From Eledone cirrhosa (lineage: Eukaryota): DNA of 64,000 nucleotides. Made by a program: the position numbers and the translations under genes. Every line of letters starts with the position of its first letter. Position 1 is the stretch's first letter. The DNA is taken from positions 30,814,001 to 30,878,000 of the forward strand of contig OZ024741.1 in the NCBI GenBank assembly GCA_964016885.1. Direction: 5' to 3'. Shown one piece after another: positions 1 through 17,170 of the stretch. The notes beneath the pieces are model-generated. The model ran no database searches. It was not told the origin of the DNA and saw only the letters and a program-made list of their open reading frames with translations.

Positions 1-549
1 TAAGTAGAAGAAACAAATTCGTATGTGCGTGCGTTCTTACGTTCGTATGCGAGTCCGTGTTTTCTTTTGTGTTTGTGTTTATGTCTGTGTATGTGTGTGA
101 ATTTGTGTGTGGGTTTTTCATAAATAATAGAGTAAGCGTAAGAATACTTAGTAATCGACAGATAAAAACTTATATAAAGAAAGATAGACGTTACGCCAAA
201 TAAGTGACTCTGTGTAAAAGGAAACTGGTAAATTACATGTATACAAGTTTACTTCCTTCTTAGTTAGCCGTCTGTAATGGTTGATAATAATTACTGTAAT
301 GTTTGTGTTATATTTACTTTCAGGTCACCTCTAACATGCAGCCATTTTTGATGTTAACTTCATCCGACATCTATTGCTGTATCTTCTCTTGTTAACCAAC
401 CTTGTAGTTTTTCTTGTTGGTGTAGTTGTCTTCTATGTTTTTTTAGATGTTGGTGGAATTGGTTTCAGTCTAATTATTTTTGCTTTCAATGAAATCTTTT
501 CTGTCTCCAATGCATAATTGGGATTTTTCTTCTTTTTACGATTATGTCT

Positions 550-700
<151 letters not shown>

Positions 701-995
701 TTAGGATTTATTACCAGCCATCGAAAATAACTACTGGTATTGCTGAGGTTTTCAACCATTTTGATTAGGTGCATACCATTTTCACGTTGGACATGTTTCG
801 ATGTTGTACATATCTATAATAAGACGAGGTTAATCATTGTGGCATTTTGTGTATCTATTTTGTATTTGGTATTTATAAAATCTAGTCCTCTCTACTTAAT
901 TATAATATACAATATGTGTATATATGTAGAATATCGAACACATCTATACACACACAAACATACACGTGTGTGAATATGTATCATACATGCATATG

Positions 996-1059
<64 letters not shown>

Positions 1060-1099
1060 TTGCAAGGTTGTTTTTATCAAATCGTGTGTCGAAACAGAT

Positions 1100-1572
1100 A
1101 TTATACTTGGGGCGAGTCATATTGTTGTAATATTATTGCCAGAAATAATAACAGTACACACTCACTGTTTGGTTGATTTTCGCTTCTGTATCTTTTATAT
1201 CTCCATAGTTAATTTATTTGGCAATCAATGTTTATCATTGATTGAGCAACAGTTAAACATACAGATATAAATATATATATATAGTCTAACAAATTTCTTT
1301 CGTAGCACATAAAATAAAAATGGCGTAAATATTCATAATACAATAGGAAGAAACTTAATAGTAACACTGATGATGTTACAGATGTGCAACGCAAGACTAT
1401 ATATATATTTATACCTCTATTTTTAACCGTTGCTAAACATTGATTGCCAAATAAATTAACCATCGAGATATAAAAGATACAAAATCGAAGACCAACCAAA
1501 CAGTGAGTGTGTACTGTTATTATTTCTGGCCAATATTATTACAACAGTAAGACCCTCCCTCCCCGAGTACAA

Positions 1573-1575
<3 letters not shown>
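1100..1575. mobile_element. decayed inverted-repeat element in a TA tract (PLE pLTR-like)
   Basis: About 1110-1234 is the reverse complement of about 1434-1558. The spacer contains CTGATGA at about 1367 but no recognisable GAAA. Flanked by (TA)n. Confidence 0.55.
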
Positions 1576-1947
<372 letters not shown>

Positions 1948-2159
1948 ATATATATAAGTATGTATGCGTGCATACACATATGTATACAGACGTACAGTAG
2001 TATGTATATATATACATACATGCACACATATATATATATGTACGTATGGATTCACCGAACATTTATTATAATGCTCGGTGTGTTTGTAAACAAACATCCC
2101 GTATTAAGCCGTAGTGTCTAGCAACCATCGTTGGTCGTTTGTTCAACACTAACAAAGGT

Positions 2160-2202
2160 ACGCTGTACTAGTTTCAAGCTTATTAGCTATCGTCAGCAAC
2201 GT
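2160..2202 (-). ncRNA. minimal type I hammerhead ribozyme (family B)
   Basis: Minus strand: acgttg CTGACGA t-agct-aata-agct-t GAAA CTAG TA cagcgt. Stems I and II pair and loop III is palindromic. Confidence 0.8.
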
Positions 2203-2622
2203 GTACCTTCCTGTCAGATGATTGAACGTCTGAAAGTATATACTTTCCTTAAGCATATTAACGGCTGAGCAGCCTAATTTGCATATCGAGTGGGTTAATC
2301 GGCCGGGTACACCGAAAGCGATAAACGGAAAAAATGAAACGAAATTTCATTTCCCACTCTTAGAACGGCTGTTACTTAAATATAATTATGTATACGTACA
2401 TAGATATTTAAGTAACAGCCGTACTAAGAGTATACATACTTATATTTAAGTAACAGCCGTACTAAGAGTGGGAAATGAAATTTCGTTTCATTTTTTCCGT
2501 TTATCGTATTCGGTGCACCTGGCCGATTAACCCACTCGATATGCAAATTAGGCTGCTCAGCGGTTAATATGCATAAGGAAAGTATATACTTTCAGACGTT
2601 CAATCATCTGGCAGGAAGGTAC

Positions 2623-2665
2623 ATGTTGCTGACGATAGCTAATAAGCTTGAAACTAGAACAGCGT
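2623..2665 (+). ncRNA. family B hammerhead, mutated cleavage site
   Basis: atgttg CTGACGA ... GAAACTAG-AA-cagcgt: GUA changed to GAA, so predicted inactive. Confidence 0.65.
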
Positions 2666-2984
2666 TCCTTTGTTAGTGTTGAACAAACGAGCAACGATGG
2701 TTGCTAGACACTACGGCTTAATACGGGATGTTTGTTTACAAACACGCCGAGCATTATAATAAATGTTTGGTGAATCCATACGTACATATATATATGTGTG
2801 CATGTATGTATATATATATACATACTACTGTACGTCTGTATACATATATTAATGTATAAATACTTATATTTAAGTAACAGCCGTACTAAGAGTGGGAAAT
2901 GAAATTTCGTTTCATTTTTTCCGTTCATATATATATATGTACACATATATATATATATATATATATTTATGCATACATTCATAC

Positions 2985-3060
<76 letters not shown>

Positions 3061-3064
<4 letters not shown>

Positions 3065-4460
3065 TATAAAAATAGACAAAGAAGCCTTCAATACATCAAA
3101 AGTCTTTATTAGCCTACATTGTGTTTCGTCCAATTAATAAGGAATCATCAGGGCAATTAAACAGATAAGAAGCATTAACGGCCAGAACAAGCCAAAACTC
3201 CGAAGAATAGGGAATTCATATCTATGAAAGCTGATGTGAGATATGAAGGAAAAGCATGCTAAAGCTAAAAGTTTGCCGTTACAAAAATAGATTATATGGC
3301 AAGGAAGTGAGTAAAATGTCAAACCAACGTTGAAATTACAGTATGATACAAATACATTAAATACAACATGGTAATATAATATGAGAATTACAATACAATA
3401 TAATGGGTAATAAAGCTTAATATATGTATATATATATATATCCATATATATATACATTTACACAAACACATACTAACACTTAATAAGTATAAATATACTC
3501 TTTATAATATGAAATAAAAATAAAAATAAAAACACCCTGACGGTGCGCATAAACTATACAAAAAATAAATTATACAAAAAATAAGCTATAGAAGAAATAA
3601 TATAATAATATGCAGACATCAATAATATACAAAACTACATCATTCATATCACTTAATGTCAACAAGTTGTATATAAAGTTTTACACAGGGCAAGAAGAAA
3701 TATCTTAATAAAACTGGAGTATGTTGAAAATATATATATATACACAAATACATAAGTACATAAAGTATTGATAATAAGTATATAGGGGTATATGCAGGTT
3801 ACATTTATAAAATATTACAAAGTATTATAAAATATAACAAAACAGTACCTTAAAGATCAGACATAAAATAATACGTATAATTCCATTACATAGAAATAAT
3901 ATGATATATAAATATTAATATTATAATTATAATGATAAATAATATAATAATATAAAAATATAAAAGCAGACTGGCAGAGTCAATTGAGAATGTTTAAGAG
4001 ATATTTACGCGAATAATATATTATATTATATTAATATAGGGAGGCAAGTTATTATGTAAAGCATATTATAGGAAGACAAAGCAGCAAGTGGTAGTGAAGA
4101 AGACAGACATCAAGTGGTAGTAAAAAAGACAGACATCAAGTGGTAGTAAACAAATAAATAGAAATAAAATAAAACGAAGAACAAAAACAAAAAAACAAAA
4201 ACAAGCAAAGTACGTAGGTATAACGATTCATCATGTAAATATAGAAGGTATTATTATTCTAAGCTAAAGAGTTGAATAGAAAACCTTATTAAATTAATTA
4301 ATATTAAAATTGCCTAAAGGATATTATTAGTAAGTCTAAATGGAATAAAGTTTAAGTCATCAAAGTCGGCTCTGTTGTATTACATTGAGGTATATCCTAA
4401 ACTGTCATTTCTATAATATGACGGGTGTGTTTTACTCCAACGCACTCTAGTATTTTAATT

Positions 4461-4462
<2 letters not shown>
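3061..4462 (-). mobile_element. 5'-truncated Penelope-like element (ORF C-terminal remnant plus long AT-rich pLTR)
   Basis: Minus-strand translation from 4462 gives [21 protein letters not shown], then in another frame NRADFDDLNFIPF, resembling a PLE GIY-YIG C-terminus. HHR near the 3' end. TA tracts on both sides. Confidence 0.55.
3112..3154 (-). ncRNA. type I hammerhead ribozyme in pLTR
   Basis: Minus strand: gcc CTGATGA ttcc ttattaatt ggac GAAA CA-caa-TG TA ggc. The first stem II pair is a mismatch. Confidence 0.72.
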
Positions 4463-4556
<94 letters not shown>

Positions 4557-5036
4557 AATATATATATATATATTCAGATATTTATTAATGTATGCGATAA
4601 GCAACCGAAGTATATGAAAGAAATTATATCTGTATACACACACAAGAGAGGTAATCGACACTGCAATGGACGTAAGCAATTTACACATTGGTTGTGTAGA
4701 TATACAAACTTGCTAAATAAAAGTATTTCCCTTAAGTTTGAAAAACAAATTCATCGAATTCTTTAAATGGCTTTCAAGCTTAGTTAAGTTTTAATAAAAA
4801 GACATTTATTTCATCTGACATAATAGTTTTTCATTCTGGTGCTTTGGATGATATACATAACTTTTGATATAAGATCAGCTTATCTTGAAAACCGGTTAAA
4901 TTTATATATCAGTTTTTAATACGTGTGATATGTCTACACGCTCACAATTTCAATTTCAATTCGAAATTATCTATATAACTTTATTATATAGTTCATCTAC
5001 TTAAGTCTTCAATGTTAGTTTTTATCAATTTTACAT

Positions 5037-5432
5037 TGGGGCGATGGATTGGCAGTATCGGTAGAGCGTTGGAAAAATACTTTGTGGTATTTAATTAAGA
5101 CATTCTGTGTTTTGTGAAGGCGCGTGGCTGAATGGTAAGAAAATTGGATTCAAAATAGTGAGTTTGTGAGTTCGGTTCCTGGACCGGGTGATGCGTTATG
5201 TCCTTGAGCAAGACACTTTATTTCATGTTGCTCCTTCTACCTGGAGATGTGACCGATAGATAGCGTTAGCAATGGGAAAGACCAATGGAAACATTGTTTC
5301 CTCGGTCCGACTTGACGAAAGTCGATCGACTTCTCTCTCTCGCTCTCTCTGTGTTCTGTGTTCAAATTCCGTAAGGTCAACTTTGCCTTTCATACTTTCG
5401 GATCGATAGATAAAATACCAGTCAAGTATTAG
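5037..5432 (+). mobile_element. SINE family 1 interrupted by SINE family 2
   Basis: Family 1 head gggcgatggattggcagtatcggtagag at about 5038 and its body gttcaaat...gcctttcat...aaaataccag at about 5355-5425. The intervening about 5116-5335 matches family 2 (compare 37085-37290). Confidence 0.75.
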
Positions 5433-5561
5433 TATTTTTTCATTTGGATGTATAAAGCAAATAATGCTTCGACCTTCCCAGCTTCATCTTCCGAATATAT
5501 ATTGTAATGTTAATAACGTATTGGTCAAGAGCCTGGCTGTTTTCACAATTATAATGGGAGC

Positions 5562-5735
5562 AATAATTGTTTCTACTTTCGGCACAAGGCCAGCAATTAT
5601 CCAAGTGCATTACTGGTACTTTATTTTATCGGCCCCGTAAAGATGAAAGGCTAAGTTAACATCAGCGAGATTTCAGCTCAGAACGTTAAGGGCCATGGTG
5701 TCTGACGCTCTACTGATTCTGCCAATTCACCGCTC
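5562..5735 (-). mobile_element. SINE family 1
   Basis: Reverse complement of the family 1 consensus (ggcacaaggccagcaatt...tactggtactttattttatcg). Confidence 0.8.
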
Positions 5736-6297
5736 TTCTCATGGAAGTAATAATGTAATCATATACTCCAGATATAAAATACTTCAAACATGAGAGATTT
5801 TGTATCTCATTTCAGGAATGCTGTTAATGTGTGTATTTTTTATTTATTACTATTTTCATATTAGTAAAGCTTCCTTCGGCTGTTGTAACAGCGACAAAAC
5901 CACCTTTACCTCGCATTGCATCTGCTCCTTTTCATCTCCGATAGGTACCAGTCCAAACACTATAACCAACATCACCACTAACAACAACACAAAACACCAA
6001 CACCACCAAGACCAGCATCAACACCAATAAGACCAGCATCAACACCAATAGACACGATGGAAGAGACGAAAGCATCAGCAACAACAATAATGACGTCCAA
6101 GCAAAATAATGAACAGTAACTATAGCAGAAACCCCGACATCAATTTGCAGGGGAAAAGAGGCATTCACCACCACCATCAGTCATGTCAGTAACAGTAGTA
6201 GCAGTAATAATAATGTCATTACCAACACCCGTATATTAGGTGGGAACTAAATAAAACAAAACTGAATAAACGCCGCTTGCAAGAAGGTATTCTCACC

Positions 6298-9173
6298 CAG
6301 GAAAGAATTATAGCATTGATCAGGAAAGATAATACAGTTCATGAATGATAGTACTGTTCAGGAAATATAGTACTGTTCAGGAAAGATAGTACTGTTCAGG
6401 AAAGATAATACTATTCAGGAATGATAGTACTGTTCAGGAATGATAGTAATGTTCAGGAATGATAGTAGTGTTCAGGAAAGATAGTACTGTTCAGGAATGA
6501 TAGTACTGTTCAGGAATGATAGTACTGTTCAGGAATGATAGTACTGTTCAGGAATGATAGTACTGTTCAGGAAAGATAATACTGTTCAGGAAATACAATA
6601 CTGTTCAGGAAATATAATACTGTTCAGGAATGATAGTACTGTTCAGGAAAGATAATACTGTTCAGGAATGATAGTACTATTCAGGAATGATAATACTGTT
6701 CAGGAAATATAATACTGTTCAGGAAATACAATACTGTTCAGGAAATATAGTACTGTTCAGGAAAGATAGTACTGTTCAGGAATTATAGTACTGTTCAGGA
6801 ATGATAGTACTGTTCAGGAATGATAGTACTGTTCAGGAAATATAATACTGTTCAGGAATGATAGTACTGTTCAGGAATGATAGTACTGTTCAGGAATGAT
6901 AGTACTGTTCAGGAAAGATAATACTGTTCAGGAATGATAGTACTGTTCAGGAATGATAGTACTGTTCATGAAAGATAATACTGTTCAGGAATGATAGTAC
7001 TGTTCAGGAATGATAGCACTGTTCAGGAATGATAGTAGTGTTCAGGAATGATAGTAGTGTTCATGAAAGATAATACTGTTCAGGAATGATAGTACTGTTC
7101 AGGAATGATAGTACTGTTCAGGAATGATAGTACTGTTCAGGAATGATAGTACTGTTCAGGAATGATAGTACTGTTCAGGAAAGATAATACAGTTCAGGAA
7201 TGATAGTACTGTTCAGGAATGATAGTACTGTTCAGGAAATATAGTACTGTTCAGGAATGATAGTACTGTTCAGGAATGATAGTACTGTTCAGGAAAGATA
7301 ATACTGTTCAGGAATGATAGTACTGTTCAGGAAATATAATACTGTTCAAGAATGATAGTACTGTTCAGGAATGATAGTACTGTTCAGGAAAGATAATACA
7401 GTTCAGGAATGATAGTACTGTTCAGGAATGATAGTACTGTTCAGGAAATATAGTACTGTTCAGGAATGATAGTACTGTTCAGGAATGATAGTACTGTTCA
7501 GGAATGATAGTACTGTTCAGGAAAGATAATACTGTTCAAGAATGATAGTACTGTTCAGGAATGATAGTACTGTTCAGGAAAGATAATACTGTTCAGGAAT
7601 GATAGTACTGTTCAGGAAATATAATACTGTTCAAGAATGATAGTACTGTTCAGGAATGATAGTACTGTTCAGGAAAGATAATACAGTTCAGGAATGATAG
7701 TACTGTTCAGGAATGATAGTACTGTTCAGGAAATCTAGTACTGTTCAGGAATGTTAGTACTGTTCAGGAATGATAGTACTGTTCAGGAATGATAGTACTG
7801 TTCAGGAAAGATAATACTGTTCAGGAATGATAGTACTGTTCAGGAATGATAGTACTGTTCAGGAATGATAGTACTGTTCAGGAATGATAGTACTGTTCAG
7901 GAATGATAGTACTGTTCAGGAATGATAGTACTGTTCATGAAAGATAATACTGTTCAGGAATGATAGTACTCTTCAGGAATGATAGTACTGTTCAGGAATG
8001 ATAGTACTGTTCAGGAAATATAGTACTGTTCAGGAATGATAGTACTGTTCAGGAATGATAGTACTGTTCAGGAAATATAATACTGTTCAGGAATGATAGT
8101 ACTGTTCATGAATGATAGTACTGTTCAGAAAATGTAGTACTGTTCAGGAATGATAGTACTGTTCAGGAAAGATTGTACTGTTCAGGAATGATAGTACTGT
8201 TCAGGAAATATAGAACTGTTCAGGAATGATAGTACTGTTCAGGAAAGGTAATACTGTTCAGGAGTGATAGTACTGTTCAGGAAATATGGTACTGTTCAGG
8301 AATGATAATACTGTTCAGGAATGATAGTACTGTTCAGGAAATATAGTACTGTTCAGGAATGATAGTACTGTTCAGGAATTATAGTACTGTTCAGGAATGA
8401 TAGTACTGTTCAGGAATGATAGTACTGTTCAGAAAATATAGTACTGTTCCGAAATGATAGTACTGTTCAGGAAAGATTGTACTGTTCAGGAATGATAGTA
8501 CTGTTCAGGAAATATAGTACTGTTCAGGAATGATAGTACTGTTCAGGAAAGGTAATACTGTTCAGGAGTGATAGTACTGTTCAGGAAATATGGTACTGTT
8601 CAGGAATGATAATACTGTTCAGGAATGATAGTACTGTTCAGGAAATATAGTACTGTTCAGGAGTGATAGTACTGTTCAGGAATGATAGTACTGTTCAGGA
8701 AATATAGTACTGTTCAGGAATGATAGTACTGTTCAGGAATGATAGTACTGTTCAGGAAATATAGTACTGTTCAGGAATGATAGTACTGTTCAGGAATGAT
8801 AGTACACTTCAGGAAAGATAATACTGTTCAGGAATGATAGTACTGTTCAGGAAAGTTTGTACTGTTCAGGAATGATAGTACTGTTCAGGAAATATAGTAC
8901 TCTTCAGGAATGATAGTACTGTTCAGGAAAGTTTGTACTGTTCAGGAATGATAGTACTGTTCAGGAAAGTTTGTACTGTTCAGGAATGATAGTACTGTTC
9001 AGGAAATATAGTACTCTTCAGGAATGATAGTACTGTTCAGGAAAGATAATACTGTTCAGGAATGATAATACTGTTCAGGAATGATAGTACTGTTCAGGAA
9101 TGATAGTACTGTTCAGGAATGATAGTACTGTTCAGGAATGATAGTACTGTTCAGGAATGATAGTACTGCTCAG
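6298..9173. repeat. 19-bp minisatellite (CAGGAATGATAGTACTGTT), about 150 copies
   Basis: Direct reading. Variant units recur in blocks, e.g. the same variant series at 8247 and 8551 (304 bp = 16 units). Confidence 0.97.
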
Positions 9174-9174
9174 C

Positions 9175-9775
9175 AAACATGCGCGATTTCGAAAAGATCT
9201 ATCCATGTCAGCCTACGCTTCATGCAATACATCATAGAGATAATAGGGAGTAACCCTCGTTTCGGTGGGACTCTGATGAACTTGAATCAATTGACAGTTT
9301 TTGATTGGATTGACTATCGCTGCTTGACAGCTGTCTTTAGAGTGGTCGGCTTTAGTTACGTGTTGAGGAGCTAGATCATAGCAATGCGCGGCAGCGACAT
9401 CTTCCCGGTGATCAAATACATTATTATCTTTCAGAACAGTGTCGTAACGGTTTCGATCTGTCAGATAGAAACCATCTCAGCTCTTCTATATATGATGTCT
9501 TTTGAATCACAGTTAGGGAAGAAAGAGCTTTTGAGGAACATCCCATTCGACATGTCACTGAGGGAAGCAGTGTAGGCAAATGGTATCGCAAACATTGGAA
9601 TTGGAGGTTGTAAACACCGCTCTAAGGGAATATGAGTCGCTGGCAGGAGCAAAGATTTAAAAATGTGGGTGAGACGAAGCTATCCTGAAAGATCGGGCAG
9701 AATTGGGGAAAGATTATATCACCTTCTTAGTCTTTTACCCTCTGACCTCCGTGCCTTGTCCTTATCATCGACTGA
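9175..9775 (-). pseudogene. highly decayed L1/Tx1-like APE endonuclease remnant
   Basis: Minus-strand fragments in the expected order: RRSEGKR, LLLPATH (QETH-like), FPNCDSK (YAPN-like), EELRWFLSDRSKP, VLKDNNVFDHRED (GDFN-like). Many frameshifts. Confidence 0.4.
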
Positions 9776-10549
9776 TAATATTGGAGTGTTTGTTTGTCAA
9801 TTTATGAAAATAACATGCTTTACTTAACAGATGGTGTATCTGCTATTGCCTACACCGACTAGTGGGGTGGGCGTGGACTCAGCATGCCGTAGATGGTGAT
9901 ACAGAGACATTTGCTGTGGTGGTGATATTTGCAGAGATTCCTGAACGGGGAGTGTGTGTCGTCACTTTTGTCGGATGTTTTCTCCGCTGCTTATGTTCCT
10001 GACCAATCTATAACTCTGGGTAATTAAAACTCCTATGCAGGACATCAGGCATTTAGAATGTTAACAGGTGATTATATACTTCTACGAGTCGGGCATTGAT
10101 AGCATTCGGATTTGACAATCAAATATTGGATAATCGTGAAGATTTTCGGTGGGAAATCCCGAATGTCGACGAGAACATACTGGATGGTCTTTATCCTGGA
10201 ATTTCCCCCGGAGATTATGGATTTCCACAAATAATAGGCCTAACAGTGTTATCGGGAAGAATTGATTGTTGGAGATAAAATCTATAGTGTTAAACATGGT
10301 ATCCAGCCAAAATGAATTACCTACTACTGTATTTCAGGAATGTTCGACTGTGAATCTGACAACATTGAGGAAGCAGAATGGGGCTACTCTCATTATGTAT
10401 TTTTAATAGGAAAGAGAAAACAAGGTGCGGACACATTCAATGATTTTCATGTGACATAGTAATCCAGATATTATGTGATGGCTTTGTCCTGGAATTGGAT
10501 CAAAGATCTACCTGAAGTGGGGAAAATGTTCTTATTCATTTTGCAGATA

Positions 10550-11645
10550 TTACTATCGGTAGAGTCTCGGACAACATGCCTCGTGGCATAGAGTTACAGC
10601 CTTTTGCGTTCTGAGTTCAAATACCTTCGAGGTTAGCTTTGATATTCAGCCTTACGGGATCGACAAAATATAGCACCAATAATGCACTGTGGTTGATTTC
10701 ATCAACTTTCTCTTCCTCCCAAATCGTTGGCCTTGTGCCTGAATCAGAAATCTTTATTACTATTTACTATCATTAGTTTTATTATAGTTATGTCGACTGC
10801 TGCTTGTATTTCAGCGTCGATAAAATAAAGTACCAGCAACGTACTGGTCTCGATCTAATCGACTTTCCCATCCACCAAAACCGTTGGCCTTCCACCTATA
10901 TCAAGAAACCGTTATTAATATTTACTATCATTTTATCGGTAGAAGGTCGGACGCCATGCTTTGACGCACGGATTTACGGCCCTTGCCATTCTGAGTTCAA
11001 ATCCCGCCGAGGTTAACTTTGCTTTTCATCCTTACGGGGTCGATAAAATAAAGTACCAGTAATGTACTGGCTAATTGCTGGCCTTGTGCCAATAGTAGAA
11101 ACAATTATCTTTATCAGAGTTGGAAAAGCGGTGGATTGGCAGTATCTGTAGAGGGTGGGACGCCATGCTTTGCAGCATAGAGTTACGTCCCTGATTGATC
11201 TGAGTTCAAATCCCGCCTTTCATCCTTACAGGGTCGATGAAATAAAGTACCAGTAATGCACTGGTCTTGTGCCAAATGTAGAAACAATTATTTCTATTTA
11301 CTATCATTATCTTTATCTGGATTGGCAGTATCGGTAGAGGGTCGGACGCCATGCTTTCCAGCATAGTTACGTCCCTTTACGATCTGAGTTCAAATCCCGC
11401 CGAGGTTGACTTTGCCTTTCATCCTTACGGGGTCGATAAAATAAAGTACCAGTAATGCACTGGGTAATTGCTGGCCTTGTGCCAAAAGTAGAAACAATTA
11501 TCTTTATCAGAGTTATATCTACTCTTGCTTGTCTTCCATACATATGGGGTCGATAAAATAAGTTATCAGTCTCTGTACTGGATCGATATATCGGCTCCTC
11601 TCTTCCAAGTTACTGGTCTCATCTCTGAATTAGAAACTATTATTT
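10550..11645 (+). mobile_element. cluster of 5-6 tandem SINE family 1 copies
   Basis: Repeated ggtagag-gtcggacgccatgc...ctgagttcaaatcccgccgaggtt...catccttacggggtcgataaaataaagtaccag, with a tRNA-like head and B-box-like GTTCAAATC. Confidence 0.88.
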
Positions 11646-11865
11646 TGTTTTTAATTGTTATACGTTTGTTCCTCCGCTTCCTACTTCTCCGTTCATTTCG
11701 TTTTCGTCTGTAAACCAAGTTGGTTTATCAGAGTTATTTTAGGCCACACATTAATTAGATTTATGCCTTACAGCTTTTATCAAATCATTTCAGTTATTTT
11801 CTACAACAGCACTATTTGTAGTTATTTTTTTAAAGCCTACTCTAATTAGTCTTTCCAACACCAGC

Positions 11866-12003
11866 TTGTTGCTGTTGCTGTTACTGTTACTATTGCTGTT
11901 GCTGCTGTTGTTGCTGTTGTTGTTACTGTTGTTGTTGCTATTGTTGCTGCTGTTGTCGTTACTGTTGTTGTTGCTGTTGTTGCTGCTGTTGTTGATATTG
12001 CTG
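11866..12003. repeat. degenerate (GTT/GCT)n microsatellite
   Basis: Direct reading. Confidence 0.9.
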
Positions 12004-12849
12004 CAGCAGCATTTCTTATTTGGTTTCTCATTGTCTTTTTTTCCGTACTCAGGAAGATTGTTATGATTGCCGTATTTTTTTGTTATGAGGTACATTGGAG
12101 ATTCTACAACATTTTCTTTCTTATTTATTTCTTACTGATTCTTTGCTATGTTTCTGAGGTTTTTTTCAGTTCTTTCTGTTGGGTTGTTTTGTTTTAGTTA
12201 CTGTCGTTATAATTTTCCTTTTTCGAGGATTGAACATTTGTTGTTAGATGCTCGGCATTATTGGACTTTCTTACTTAGGTTTCGATATTATTTGTATAGG
12301 AACTAGATATGTTACACGTAATGTTACTGATACTGGTTTCGATAACTAATTTACAGCCAGGTCGCCCCTAATTGTGCATAAGCAAAACTAAAATGATTTC
12401 TCTGTAGATGATTTCTCTGTAAATTAAGGGTGTTTATTATTCCATTGATTCCTGGGTCATGGAGCTTTCCTTCTCAGAGAAATGAATTACTTATTGATAC
12501 ATATCTATCAATTAATGTATGTTTTTTTAACTCTTGCAAGTTTCATCTACATTTCAATAGTAAAAGCTCTAAATATCGGGAAACAACAACAAAAGCATGA
12601 TTGTAACTGATATAAGAAAAGGAACAATGAGGGATGAATACGTTTCACCAGCCTACTGACATTTTGGATAATGTAAAACTCGATACGCTCTGAGGATAAC
12701 CTAAGTATAGTTTATGTACAGAAAATCACTATGACTTCACCGAAGTAGATTGCAAAGAGGTTAGACTATATCACCCTATTTCTTATTCATTTGACATGCT
12801 AGGTTAAGAAACAGACGGAATATAAAACGTACATACATCTGTATATTTA

Positions 12850-15365
<2,516 letters not shown>

Positions 15366-16140
15366 ATATATGTATGTAGCATAAGGGCAAATATTCGTAG
15401 AAATGAAATAATATGCAAATATATATTGGAGTTCTATAAATTTCGACAATCATCAAGATTAAAACGAATCTTCTCATCACTGTAACAATCGGTAAAGTCT
15501 GTATAAGAACCAACCCTAGTGAAGCCGTATTAATGCACTGGTAAAGAGCATACATGTAACAATACAGAGCATGTAAATGTGAAACATTACATTATTTTAA
15601 TCTGCTGAAACATGCTTCAAAAATATATATAGAAACGTAAATAGAAAATATTAAGAGTAAAATTATGTCTGACGTTGCATTATTCCTATGTAAAGCTGCC
15701 TTTATATATCTCATATTGAACGATTACTCAAGGATTTATATGAGAATATAATGAAAACCTATAATAGGAAATGTAATTAAAATGTATCAATTGTTTAGAA
15801 ATTACAAGTTAATAACAATTGTAAAGAATATATGAAATAATTCATGTTATATACAATAAAACAGAAAAAAACACGGCTAAGGATAATACTAAATGAATTA
15901 ATAGGTAAATAAATAATCATAATGCATTAATATTCAATGTATTAATAAAAAAAATACTGAATCTTAATTTTGTTGTAATTATAAAAACAATAAATTTAGA
16001 AATTTATATTTAAATTAAAATTATTATTTAAGCCTAAACGGATGAATGTTTAAAAGATGTTATTGTGCAAAGCTATTAGTAGACTATTATTTCATATCAA
16101 TTTCGTTTATATAATTAATTTAGATAGGAAGAAACAACAA

Positions 16141-16246
16141 TAGCGTGTCCCAAAAAGTTGTATACACACTTTGATTACCTGTACAGGCAATATATATTAG
16201 AATGCTGTTGAAGTGTGTATACATTTTTGGGGGTGGACACCCTGTA
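16141..16246. mobile_element. tiny Tc1/mariner-like MITE remnant
   Basis: Terminal inverted repeats gtgtcc-caaaaagttgtatacacactt and aagtgtgtatacatttttgg...ggacaccctg followed by TA. Confidence 0.6.
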
Positions 16247-16544
16247 TATACATCTAATATTCTGTAATAGGAAAGATCGATTCCCTTTAATATATATGTT
16301 GATGGAGTTGTTGAGTACTTGTGTGTGTCTCTATGTATGCCTATATATGCATGTAGCATTCAAAAAAACATGCAAGTATTTATACATGAATGTGCGCAGT
16401 TTTCCGTTATGCTATGCATCAAAAGATGGGTCCCAATCCTTTTTTTCATTTAACACAGACCAAATATTTAGACATATATCCGAATACTTCGTCAATCCCC
16501 CCCCCCACACACACACACATACACACTGCACATATATATGAGGT

Positions 16545-17170
16545 TCAGCTGGAAATTTCAAAGCTTTATTTCCCCGCAGACACGTTGTTTAGGAATGTGG
16601 CTATCAGAAAGACGATCAAGGTTTTCTGACCATCTTATGTGATTAACGAAAATCATTGCCTCTATCGAACTTATTTTTGCCCACTTGTGTGAGGAATTTC
16701 CAGGAGATGCACGGATGGTTCTGGGGTACTTCTGATGAAATCTTATTGATTTTACATATCGCACATGTGTAATCCACGTGTTACAGCATTAGAGAAGTGA
16801 CGTCAAGACTAAATCATTGTATACCATAATCTCTGTATCCAGTTTAATTCCATGTTGGTCACAGACACGCTGTTTTAGTTTCCCAAATGCACCAGATTCC
16901 TTTTGAATTTCCAAGGACATTTGATCATTTAGTGAAACAGTATGAGTGAAGTTATTGCCATGATAAACACGTGTTAACCACATTCAGTGTTTTGTCCCAG
17001 GAGCTGGCTGATACCTAACAACTATCTTCATCAAATTCACAGAAACACTTATATCAATGGCGACATCAAAGGGTGAGACAAGCAAATAAAGATCAATGTG
17101 TGTATGTATGTCACACCAGATCTGCATTATCTGGATAAAGACGATTGCTCTCTAGAGACAGAAATTATTT
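16545..17170 (-). pseudogene. decayed RTE-clade LINE, 3' part of the RT ORF
   Basis: SGAFGKLKQRVCDQHGIKLDTEIMVYNDLVLTSLL and RFHQKY...SSIEAMIFVNHIRWS match typical RTE/BovB C-terminal motifs. Confidence 0.75.

Noticed and set aside
305-430. Possible host exon after the tttactttcag acceptor (similar acceptor-like motifs near 5815, 10546, 38766, 48529)
   Set aside because: Such motifs are common in AT-rich DNA, and there is no convincing reading frame or donor. RNA-seq would be needed.
6298-9173. CRISPR array
   Set aside because: Contiguous 19-bp units with no unique spacers, in a eukaryotic context with no cas genes.
10040-10330. Short ORFs (60-71 aa) as a host gene
   Set aside because: No recognisable motif. 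Probably decayed sequence upstream of the L1/Tx1-like remnant.
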